Shown piece after piece: positions 27,549-35,266 of a stretch of DNA of 64,000 bases (the first letter of the stretch is position 1; the number at the start of each line of letters is the position of its first letter). The notes under the pieces are model-generated. The model had not been told where the DNA came from, searched no databases, and worked only from the letters and a program-made list of their open reading frames with translations. A program made the position numbers and the translations under genes. Source of the stretch: a virus; the IMG/VR virus record IMGVR_UViG_3300005688_000028, positions 1 through 64,000 of that record; one strand, given 5' to 3'.

Positions 27549-27937
27549 GCCCAGCGGTGCCCGCAGAAGCGACACACCTTGGCCTCGAGCTTCACGGACT
27601 CGGCGCAGTCGGGGCACGCCTTGCTCGTTGGCCCGACGACGAGGCGCGGCTTCCGCGTGAACCACCACACGACCACGGAGAGCACCACGAGGCCGAGCAC
27701 GATGGCGACGATGAGGCCGCTTGAGTCGTCGCCGGACGATTCGTGCAGCCCGAACGGTCCCGGTGGACGTCCCGCCGCTGGCGCCACTGCCGGCCCGCCC
27801 ATAAGGTCGGAGGACAAGCCAGGAGGCGCCACGAGCGCCGTGCCAGGAGGCGCACCCGCCGCCGCGCCGCCCATGTTGTCCTGAGCCCACGCCGGGAGCG
27901 ACACAAGCCAGACGGCGACGATGGTGATGATTCGCAT
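27545..27937 (-). CDS. membrane protein with C-terminal zinc ribbon (UPF0547-like)
   Basis: signal peptide, TM, CPDCAE.V...A.VCRFCG. Confidence 0.75.
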   Translation of the reverse strand: MRIITIVAVWLVSLPAWAQDNMGGAAAGAPPGTALVAPPGLSSDLMGGPAVAPAAGRPPGPFGLHESSGDDSSGLIVAIVLGLVVLSVVVWWFTRKPRLVVGPTSKACPDCAESVKLEAKVCRFCGHRWA

Positions 27938-27990
27938 GGCTTCACCCTACGCCCGGCCCACCACCGAACGCAACCCGCCGGCCGAACGCT

Positions 27991-28638
27991 TCACCACGGG
28001 CAGTCGTCCTCGTCCTCGTCCTCGTCCTCGCTCGTCTCCTCGGGCGGCTCATACCCCTCCTCGCCTTCGACGAGGTTATCCAGAGGCTCGAGCGGGTACA
28101 GGTCGCCACCCTCGACACCCTCGCCCGGGAGCGGGACCACCCGGGTCGGCACCGGCTTGAAGTCGGGGCGCTTCGCCCGCTCCGCACGGAGCGCCAGCGC
28201 CTTCGCCTGAAGCTCCTCGATCGTCGGCTCGGGCACGATGCTCTGCCGGGGCTCCTCGGGTGGGGGCGGGACGCGGTTGCGCTCGACGAAGCCCATGATC
28301 TTGCGAAGGCCCTCGGCCTCGGCTTCGGGGTCCAACGCGGGTGTTGTATCGGGCGCGCGCTGCGCCATGACCTTCTCGACCTCGGCCCGGACCAGGGCGG
28401 CGATGTCGGGGACCGAGGCGACGACGGAGCTCGGGGCCGGGGACTTCGGGGCGGGTGGGGTGGGTGCCGCCGTTGCACTGCCTTGCATGGCAGTGGTTGA
28501 ATCCAAGCCACGCCGAAGCAGCTCGCGAATGACGTCCGATCGGTTCGGGCGGATCGGAAGGGTGTCCGCGAAGCGGTCGACCTCCTCAAGTTCCGTGGGT
28601 GTCAGCAGGACGACAATGCGCTCGGTTCTCTTGCTCAT
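27991..28638 (-). CDS. ribbon-helix-helix DNA-binding protein with Pro/acidic tail
   Basis: RIVVLLTPTELEEVDRFA...NRSDVIRELLRRGL. Confidence 0.75.
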   Translation of the reverse strand: MSKRTERIVVLLTPTELEEVDRFADTLPIRPNRSDVIRELLRRGLDSTTAMQGSATAAPTPPAPKSPAPSSVVASVPDIAALVRAEVEKVMAQRAPDTTPALDPEAEAEGLRKIMGFVERNRVPPPPEEPRQSIVPEPTIEELQAKALALRAERAKRPDFKPVPTRVVPLPGEGVEGGDLYPLEPLDNLVEGEEGYEPPEETSEDEDEDEDDCPW

Positions 28639-28645
28639 GCACTGC

Positions 28646-28674
28646 ATCGTAATGCACTGGCACTAGCAAGCCAA
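28646..28674 (-). promoter_or_regulatory. sigma70-like promoter, leaderless, for the RHH gene
   Basis: TTGGCT-17 nt-TACGAT-7 nt-ATG. Confidence 0.55.
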
Positions 28675-28789
28675 GTCACTTCGTCGTGCATGGCGTTGAC
28701 AAGCTCTGGCTCGGTGTGCAATGGTATGCACAGTCGGGCACGGTGTTAGCGCACCGTGCCCGACCTAACCCCAACACCGGAGCACTCCG

Positions 28790-29308
28790 ATGCTGAAGCT
28801 GCCACCCGTCTACCCGAACAGGCCCGTCGAGGCCATCGATCTGTCCGCCCCCGTGGTCATCTCCACCCGGGGCACCCTCCACGCCTGGGGCCGCTCGCGC
28901 CTCGAGCCCGGCGCCGAGCCCCCGCCGGCCCACAAGGGCGTGACCTTCACCTGGGTCCGCTCGGACGACCTCTGGCTCTACCACGCGGCCCGGGCCTGCG
29001 ACTTCACCGAAGGCTTCGGGGCCGCCGCCGAGGGCATCCTCATGGCGGTCGCCGAGGTCGAGGCCATCGCCCCCACGAGCCTCGACGCCATGCAGTGGGC
29101 GCCCGAGGTCGCTGGCGAGGTGGTGCTCGCGAACGGTGCGGTCCTCGAGTTCGACGACGGCCGGCCGGCGCGGCTCACCTACGGGGTGACCGAGGCCGGG
29201 CGCTTCGCGCAGATCGTCGGCGGGCTCACGGGCGCGCTCGGCTACGCGCCGAAGGTCGGCCCGGCCGTCCGCGTCGGCTCCGACGTGTCGCACGCGCTCG
29301 GCGTCTGA
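28790..29308 (+). CDS. hypothetical protein
   Basis: GGAG SD; strong GC3 bias. Confidence 0.65.
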   Translation: MLKLPPVYPNRPVEAIDLSAPVVISTRGTLHAWGRSRLEPGAEPPPAHKGVTFTWVRSDDLWLYHAARACDFTEGFGAAAEGILMAVAEVEAIAPTSLDAMQWAPEVAGEVVLANGAVLEFDDGRPARLTYGVTEAGRFAQIVGGLTGALGYAPKVGPAVRVGSDVSHALGV

Positions 29309-29548
29309 TCTGAACCTCGCCGCCCAGCATGGTCCGCGTGGTCGTTGTGCCATGCGGTCCAGATCAACTTTCACGGGTACGTTTTTGCCACCCGGGAGCG
29401 GATTTGTTGGGCTGCGGTCATTGCACCGCGAGGCAGATCGATCTGTCCCGCGCGGACCCCCAAAGGTCCGGTCGTGAAGCCGCTTGGGTCGCGAGACTCG
29501 GGCGGCGCCTTTCCTCCAAACCTCCCGCAGTGCGGGCGAGGTGTCGTC

Positions 29549-30076
29549 ATGAAGAATCGAGAGATCCAACCGCGCGAAGGCGCTCCGTCGTGGACCCTGC
29601 CGCCTGGCATTCGGGTCATCGTCCCGGCCGATGAATGGATGCCGTGGGTCGAGGTGGACGCGCTGTGTGCGCACCTCGGAATCAGGGTGCCCGACACGCT
29701 CCGAGCCAAGGCCAAGACCAACCCGAACCTCGAGTTCGGCACCGTCGATGGCGTCGAGTTCGCCACCGCGAGCACGGCGTTCCGGCTGTTCGAGGCCGCG
29801 TCCGCCGATCCGCTTTTCCATCCGTTCATGGCGCTCCTCTACATGCACGCCATGCCCAATCTCGTCCGCTTCGCCTCGGGACTCCCCGCCGTGTCTCACA
29901 TCGACGGACCGAGCAGGACGACGCACCCCAGCATCGACGACGAGATGATCAACGAGTCGGGGCTCTACTACATGTTCCTCTGCTCCGATTCGACGCGCGG
30001 GCGCGAAGTGCTGAGCCAGTGGATCGAAGGCGGGCTTTTCCGCCGCTTCCTCACCGGCGACTTCGTCAAGAAGTGA
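29549..30076 (+). CDS. Bro-N-like protein (divergent)
   Basis: LC..LGI and MINESGLY motifs. Confidence 0.5.
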   Translation: MKNREIQPREGAPSWTLPPGIRVIVPADEWMPWVEVDALCAHLGIRVPDTLRAKAKTNPNLEFGTVDGVEFATASTAFRLFEAASADPLFHPFMALLYMHAMPNLVRFASGLPAVSHIDGPSRTTHPSIDDEMINESGLYYMFLCSDSTRGREVLSQWIEGGLFRRFLTGDFVKK

Positions 30077-30137
30077 CGCCTTGCCTGTTTGCCCTAGTCA
30101 CCAACTCAGATCCCATCCCACATCGAAGGAACCAGAC

Positions 30138-31244
30138 ATGAGCACGAAGACCAACATCCCCGCGATCGACCACAAACCCGCTGGCGCAGGCCCGCACCGC
30201 AACCAGACGCCGCCGACCTTCACCGCCAACGGCAAGACCCTCACACTCATCCCCGTCCGTGACGACTGGGGCTGCGTGTGTCGCGATCTCGGCCAGTTCC
30301 TCGAGTACGCCGATAACGGCGGGCGGCTCGTCACGAAGGTGACCAAGGACTGGGCGAACGAGATGGAGGAGAATCTCGACTTCCTGCGCGGTCGAGACGA
30401 ACCTACCGATTCGGTAGGTTCGAAGATCACCCGCGCTGGAGGCCGCGCCGAGGTCATCCTCACCCGGTCGGGCATCAACCTCGTCTGCCTCCTCTCGAAG
30501 AAGCCGCTCGGCAAAGAGATCCGCCGCTGGCTCGCGAGCGACGTCATGGTCAAGATCGCCGACACCGGCACCTACGTCGCCCCGAACGCCGAGCCGCAGC
30601 CCCAGAACCCGATCATGGAGCAGGCTTTCGCGGTCCTGGCGAGCACGCTCGCCGAGAGCCAGAAGATCGCGAACAGCATCCTCGCCAAGCACGAGTCCCG
30701 CCTCGACACCATCGAGCGCCAGCTCTCCCAGACCGCCCCGGACCCGTCCGCCGAGAAGCGCGCCCTCGAAGCCGAGGCCAAGCGCCGCGAGATCAGCGAG
30801 AAGCGCCGCGAGGCCGGGCGCAAGGGTGGCCTCGTCACCGCCGAGCGCTACAGCCGCGACAACCACGGCCGCTTCGCCCCGAAGGCTTCGGCGCCGCCCC
30901 GGCCCCCGACGCAGACGAAGATCCCGCTCGCCCCGCCGCTCCCCGCCCCGAGCAAGATCGGCCCGCCCGGCCAGGTCCAGATCGTCCAGCGCAAGGTCGA
31001 CGGCGAGGATGAGCTCGTCCGGGCGGCCCGGATCGCGAGCGAGCTGCGCCAGCCCTTCTATCGGTACGAGTTCGCGATCGCGCTCTGGCCCAACGAGCCC
31101 TGGAACATGAAGCGGACCGACATGCTCCTCGAGCGCCTCCAGGGCGACGGCCAGGTCGAGCCCGTGGCGCGGCGTACCAACGGCGGGGCCACCACGACGT
31201 GCTTCGTCTACGTCGGAGAGGCCAGCGGGAAGCGCGTGGCGTGA
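30138..31244 (+). CDS. Bro-N antirepressor-like protein
   Basis: RDLGQFLEY...ILTRSGINL..LLSKKP..KEIRRWLASDV...I..TGTY; KGG-like REAGRKGG. Confidence 0.8.
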   Translation: MSTKTNIPAIDHKPAGAGPHRNQTPPTFTANGKTLTLIPVRDDWGCVCRDLGQFLEYADNGGRLVTKVTKDWANEMEENLDFLRGRDEPTDSVGSKITRAGGRAEVILTRSGINLVCLLSKKPLGKEIRRWLASDVMVKIADTGTYVAPNAEPQPQNPIMEQAFAVLASTLAESQKIANSILAKHESRLDTIERQLSQTAPDPSAEKRALEAEAKRREISEKRREAGRKGGLVTAERYSRDNHGRFAPKASAPPRPPTQTKIPLAPPLPAPSKIGPPGQVQIVQRKVDGEDELVRAARIASELRQPFYRYEFAIALWPNEPWNMKRTDMLLERLQGDGQVEPVARRTNGGATTTCFVYVGEASGKRVA

Positions 31245-31443
31245 TGAGGGGAGGGGTGCATGAGTGGATGCACCCCGAACTGACGCGCTTGTGAGCGGCC
31301 TGTGGTGCGGGTCCTGGCATAATCGACACGGGCCTTGTCGTTTTCGGTTGCAGGGTCGAAGCAGATCGGCGACAAAGGGACATCGGCAGCGAGGGAAACA
31401 CTCCCCAGGTCGGACCCGGTTGCAGCCGGGAGGAGCAACGACC

Positions 31444-31653
31444 ATGTTCCAGCCCAAATCAGTCCTCGAAACCATCACCAAGACCATGAAGGCCAAAGGC
31501 GCGATGACCGTTGACGGCCTCGTGGCCGCCTCTGGCCTGACTGTCCATCAGGTCATGCAGGGGATGACCCTGCTCCGTCGCGACGGGGTGAAGATCAAGG
31601 CTGTGCGCACCAGTTGGGGCGATAGCCCCTGCCGCTGGCAACTCGCAAACTGA
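31444..31653 (+). CDS. small wHTH protein
   Basis: MTVDGLVAASGLTVHQVMQGMTLLRRDG. Confidence 0.65.
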   Translation: MFQPKSVLETITKTMKAKGAMTVDGLVAASGLTVHQVMQGMTLLRRDGVKIKAVRTSWGDSPCRWQLAN

Positions 31654-31748
31654 GGTCGAAGCCTAGCCCCCTCAGGGGCGACGGTCTGTCCGGTAATGCC
31701 GGCGCTGACGAGACCAACACCGGGGTTGCAGCCCCAAGGAGCAACGAC

Positions 31749-31976
31749 ATGACGACCAGCATCAAGACCTACACCATCAACACCGCCAAGGGCACCCACA
31801 CCGGCACGCTGCGCGAGGTCTGCGGCTGGCAGGCTGAGATGCAGGGCAGCTACGCCCGCATCACCGTCGGCGACCTCGAGGTGGACGTGGACGACATCGA
31901 CTTCGACGGCGAGGACCTCGACGCGGCCGTGACCATCGTGCAGCGCGCCATCGACGCCGCCCGCGCCATGGCCTGA
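31749..31976 (+). CDS. small acidic hypothetical protein
   Basis: strong SD; GC3 bias. Confidence 0.7.
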   Translation: MTTSIKTYTINTAKGTHTGTLREVCGWQAEMQGSYARITVGDLEVDVDDIDFDGEDLDAAVTIVQRAIDAARAMA

Positions 31977-31986
31977 CGCAAAGGAG

Positions 31987-32115
31987 CCGGGCGCCTTGCA
32001 GGGCACCCGGAAAGCCGCTCGACCCTTCGCTCTCGGGAGCAACCGCGAGGGCTTCAATGGGGCCGGCCCGAAGGCCGGAAAGGCTCCGTGATCAGCGGAG
32101 CCGGTGCCGAGCGGC
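31987..32115 (+). ncRNA. candidate structured RNA (hairpin plus four-way junction)
   Basis: stems 31987-32010; 32014-21/32108-15 enclosing 32029-52, 32063-78 and 32082-102. Confidence 0.35.
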
Positions 32116-32169
32116 AAGAGTAGACCTACACCCACAGACGCCCCGAGGCAAGGGGCAGGAGCAACGACC

Positions 32170-32439
32170 ATGGCCAGCACCTTTACCGCGACCCACAAAA
32201 TCACGATCACCGGCCTGTCCTCAGTCCTCACCGAGGAAGGCGTCACCCACGTCGACGAGGCGCGCGAGATCCTCGTGCAGGAGGAGGACGGCGCCGAGGG
32301 CGGGCGCATCCTTTACACGCAGGAGGAGTGGGACGCGGGCGTCCCTGCGGACTGGGAGCTCGACGCCGACGGGCACCTGACCTACTGCGGCGGCGCCTAC
32401 CCCGGCACCGGCGTCGAGGTGCGGATCAAGAGGCTCTGA
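32170..32439 (+). CDS. small acidic hypothetical protein
   Basis: strong SD; GC3 bias. Confidence 0.7.
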   Translation: MASTFTATHKITITGLSSVLTEEGVTHVDEAREILVQEEDGAEGGRILYTQEEWDAGVPADWELDADGHLTYCGGAYPGTGVEVRIKRL

Positions 32440-32494
32440 TTACCGACTGCTGACCACACCCCGGCGCCCGGCCGGTCAACGGGCAGGAGCCATC

Positions 32495-32734
32495 ATGAGA
32501 GGCCGCCCCAAGACCGGCACCGGCCCCACGGCCGCTGGCGTCACCCCGCAACAATGGGCCGCCGCGCTCGGCCCCGTCACCCCCGCTTCGCTTCGCAAGG
32601 CCCAGCGGGTCATCACCGGCGCAACCCCGGTGTGGCCTGCCGAGCTCTTGGCGGTCGCCGCGGTCCACCAGATCGAGCCCCGGGCGCTGCTCGAGGGACT
32701 GGTCCAAGCCACGGAGGGCGCCAATGTACGCTAA
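32495..32734 (+). CDS. small protein with N-terminal RGRP (AT-hook-like)
   Basis: MRGRPK; strong SD. Confidence 0.6.
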   Translation: MRGRPKTGTGPTAAGVTPQQWAAALGPVTPASLRKAQRVITGATPVWPAELLAVAAVHQIEPRALLEGLVQATEGANVR

Positions 32735-33098
32735 CTGCCGGACCATCGACTGTGCCGAGTGCGGGCTCACGCGCCAGCTCGGCCGCAAGCTGCTCCGCAG
32801 CGCCACCGACACCGAGCCGGTGGACGTGTGCAAGGAATGCCATGATGCCTACAACATGCCGTGGCGGGAGATCCTGCTCCGCGAGTTGCACATCCAGGCG
32901 ATCCGGGCGCGTCATCGAGCGATGCGCATGTCCCAGGCGATCGCTGGCACGTTCGCGGCGATGCCCCACTCCGTGCGGGGCTGCGCCGAGGAGCGCGCCG
33001 CTTGGCTCCGGCACACCACCGAGCTGCTGATCGCGCAGGACCGACACGCCTGCTTTCTCGAGGACGCCGCGCGGAGCCAGGAGGAGGCCCATGGTTGA
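32724..33098 (+). CDS. zinc-binding hypothetical protein
   Basis: CAEC...CKECH; GGAGG SD. Confidence 0.6.
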   Translation: MYANCRTIDCAECGLTRQLGRKLLRSATDTEPVDVCKECHDAYNMPWREILLRELHIQAIRARHRAMRMSQAIAGTFAAMPHSVRGCAEERAAWLRHTTELLIAQDRHACFLEDAARSQEEAHG

Positions 33099-33315
33099 GG
33101 CAGAACACTTCGACCGGCTCACCATCCACATCGCGACCCTCACGGAGCGGGTGCGCCGCCTACGGCCAGCCGCGGTGATGCAGGCCCCGCTCGTCGATGT
33201 CGCGGCCTATTGGCGGGCTCAGGCGGAAGTCGGCGCCGCCAAGGCTCACCTCGACTTCGTAGCCCGGGCGCTTGCGAGTAGATGGGCTCTCGCCACACAG
33301 GAAGGTGCAGCATGA
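33091..33315 (+). CDS. hypothetical protein
   Basis: GGAGG SD; overlaps on both sides. Confidence 0.55.
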   Translation: MVEAEHFDRLTIHIATLTERVRRLRPAAVMQAPLVDVAAYWRAQAEVGAAKAHLDFVARALASRWALATQEGAA

Positions 33316-34169
33316 CTCAGACGCGAAAGAAGGCCGCCAAGCCGGCGGCCCCGGTCCAGTCCGATTGGGACCGCCAGCTCGAGACGGAGCGAATGCACGA
33401 CCGCCACTATCACCGGGACCCGCAGCCCGTCCCGGCGTCCCGGCGCTTCGTGGTAGGCCAGTTGGTCCGCTACGGTAGCCTGCCAGATTGCCGCGTCGAC
33501 GTGGTCGAGGACGAAGGGCGCACGCTCGTCATCAGCTACGCCAATCGAGGCGTCAAATACGGGAAGCCCTACGACCATGGCAACCGACTGCCGCGCGTCG
33601 TTCGCTGGCACGACGTCCTGCCCGTGGTCGAAGAGGCGCCGCGCCAGTTCACGACCGACGACAACGTCTGGCGGCGCATGACGGCCCGGCCCTCGACGCT
33701 CGACGCCCTGATTGGAAACGCTCGACGATGGGGGCTCATCGACTCGCCCGACTATCAGCGGTCCTACGTCTGGACGGACGAGAACCGCGCCAACTTCCTC
33801 AAGTCGATCTTCGACCAGAACGACATCGGCAAGTTCATCCTCGTCGTCCACGATTACCACGAAACGCGCGTCGAAGTGCTCGACGGGAAGCAGCGGCTCA
33901 AGACCCTGCTCGACTTCACCGACTCGCGCTTCCCGTATCGCGGCGTCTATTATCACGAGCTGCATTGGCGCGACCGGCACATCTTCAACGAGACGCTCGT
34001 CCAGTGGATCGAGGTGAACCGCGCGCGGGTCAAGCGCAGCGACCTCCTCTGGCTGTTCCTCGCCGTCAACGCGGGCGGGGTGCCACAGACCGAGGAGCAC
34101 GTCGCGCACGTTCGGGCGCTCTACGAAGAGGCTCTCCGCAGCGAGCAGGCCCTCACTCTCCCTGCATGA
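33312..34169 (+). CDS. DUF262 (ParB/GmrS-like) domain protein
   Basis: PDYQRSYVW...SIF....IG...VLDGKQRL.T...F..VN.GG. Confidence 0.85.
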   Translation: MTQTRKKAAKPAAPVQSDWDRQLETERMHDRHYHRDPQPVPASRRFVVGQLVRYGSLPDCRVDVVEDEGRTLVISYANRGVKYGKPYDHGNRLPRVVRWHDVLPVVEEAPRQFTTDDNVWRRMTARPSTLDALIGNARRWGLIDSPDYQRSYVWTDENRANFLKSIFDQNDIGKFILVVHDYHETRVEVLDGKQRLKTLLDFTDSRFPYRGVYYHELHWRDRHIFNETLVQWIEVNRARVKRSDLLWLFLAVNAGGVPQTEEHVAHVRALYEEALRSEQALTLPA

Positions 34170-34374
34170 ACTCCCGCAGCGCGGCGTCAAAAACGTCGTC
34201 GCCTGTCATGCCGGGTACGTTGCGCAGGTCTTCCCAGGCGTCGTCATCCATCCGCAGGTAGGCGTCTTCGAGGTCATCCCAATGGCGGATCTCGGGGACG
34301 CCGGGCCTGTAGGGACGCTCACCCAGGAGCGAGCGGACTACGCGCCAGCCCGGAGAGTCGCGGGTCCACCTCAC
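34153..34374 (-). CDS. tail assembly chaperone downstream ORF (probably reached by +1 frameshift)
   Basis: overlaps the TAC end in the +1 frame; weak SD of its own. Confidence 0.5.
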   Translation of the reverse strand: MRWTRDSPGWRVVRSLLGERPYRPGVPEIRHWDDLEDAYLRMDDDAWEDLRNVPGMTGDDVFDAALREFMQGE

Positions 34375-34825
34375 CCGTCGCAGGATCTCTCTGGCGTCGA
34401 AAGTAGGCCGCCTGATGCTCGGCCAGCCCTCCGTACAGGACGCCGAGGAACACGATGTCTTCGCGCGCGCGCTCCCATGCCCAATCGTCGAGATCCACGG
34501 CCTGGACGAGCACCGTCGCGAGCATGAGCGCCCGCTGGTACTCGCCGGCCGGCTTGAGCGGCCACGCGACGCCGCCGCTCATCCGAGCGACCTCGCGCGC
34601 GATGGCGTCGAGCCCGGCCCCGTCGGGGACCTTCGAGGTCACGACGACGCTCCGGGGCTCGCCCGTCTCGAGGTCGTCGCAGGTCACGGTAAAGGTGACC
34701 TTTCGGGACACCCGGGGCGCCTTGGGGTCCGCCGGCTCGGTCTTGAGCTCGGGAGGCGCCTCTGGCGGCTGGAGCGCCTCGTCGCGGCGCTTGCGGAAGG
34801 ACTCGCGGAGGTCGATCTTGGTCAT
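34319..34825 (-). CDS. tail assembly chaperone
   Basis: directly after the tail tube; ATV.V......WAW.....L..LY....Q..YFR pattern. Confidence 0.65.
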   Translation of the reverse strand: MTKIDLRESFRKRRDEALQPPEAPPELKTEPADPKAPRVSRKVTFTVTCDDLETGEPRSVVVTSKVPDGAGLDAIAREVARMSGGVAWPLKPAGEYQRALMLATVLVQAVDLDDWAWERAREDIVFLGVLYGGLAEHQAAYFRRQRDPATGEVDPRLSGLARSPLAPG

Positions 34826-35253
34826 GCCGTGTCACCGGGCTCGACGAACCACGTCGCGTCGAAGTTGAGGTTCTTGCTCCACACGGTGTCCCGCGTGAAC
34901 GTGCTGACGTTGCCGCTCACCGACGCCTCTTCAGCCCGGATGATCAGCTCGTCGCTGTCCACGGTGCGGAACTCGACCACCGGCGCCTCGAACTCGATCA
35001 GCCCGCGCGGCGTCTTCTGCGGCATCAGCCCAGACTCGCGGAGCGGCTTGGTGCGAAGGAACACGAGACCGAGTTGGAACGAGCAGACGACGCCGCCATA
35101 GACGTGCTCGCGGGTGCGCGGCGTGCCGCTCTCGTTGACCGCGATCTTCTGGAAGATCTCGTTGAAGGTCGCGTTCTGCACCATGCCAACGTAGATCCCG
35201 TTGACGTACAGCCGCGAATTGACTCCGTGTGTTGCCCTATGGGTCGGCGGCAT
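34822..35253 (-). CDS. tail tube protein
   Basis: 143 aa after the sheath; G....LYVNG..VG.VQ......V.E.G....EHV. Confidence 0.8.
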   Translation of the reverse strand: MPPTHRATHGVNSRLYVNGIYVGMVQNATFNEIFQKIAVNESGTPRTREHVYGGVVCSFQLGLVFLRTKPLRESGLMPQKTPRGLIEFEAPVVEFRTVDSDELIIRAEEASVSGNVSTFTRDTVWSKNLNFDATWFVEPGDTA

Positions 35254-35266
35254 TGGCGCTCTCCTC

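Larger units (their letters stand above)
31415..32497 (+). repeat. four repeated hairpin-AGGAGC(AACGAC/CATC)-ATG leaders
   Basis: units at 31415-31446, 31722-31751, 32140-32172 and 32466-32497. Confidence 0.75.

Noticed and set aside
31415-32497. Repeated GTTGCAG hairpins as a CRISPR or mini-array
   Set aside because: Units are hundreds of bp apart, separated by ORFs, diverge in the stem and end in SD+ATG; no cas genes in the window.
33312-34169. DUF262 gene as a GmrSD type IV restriction system
   Set aside because: No HNH/DUF1524 partner fused or adjacent; stand-alone DUF262 genes are common in phages.
25702-34188. Imperfect inverted repeat (25702-25719 vs 34171-34188, 15/18) as sites of an active invertible segment
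   Set aside because: Short and GC-rich, so compatible with chance; no invertase nearby.
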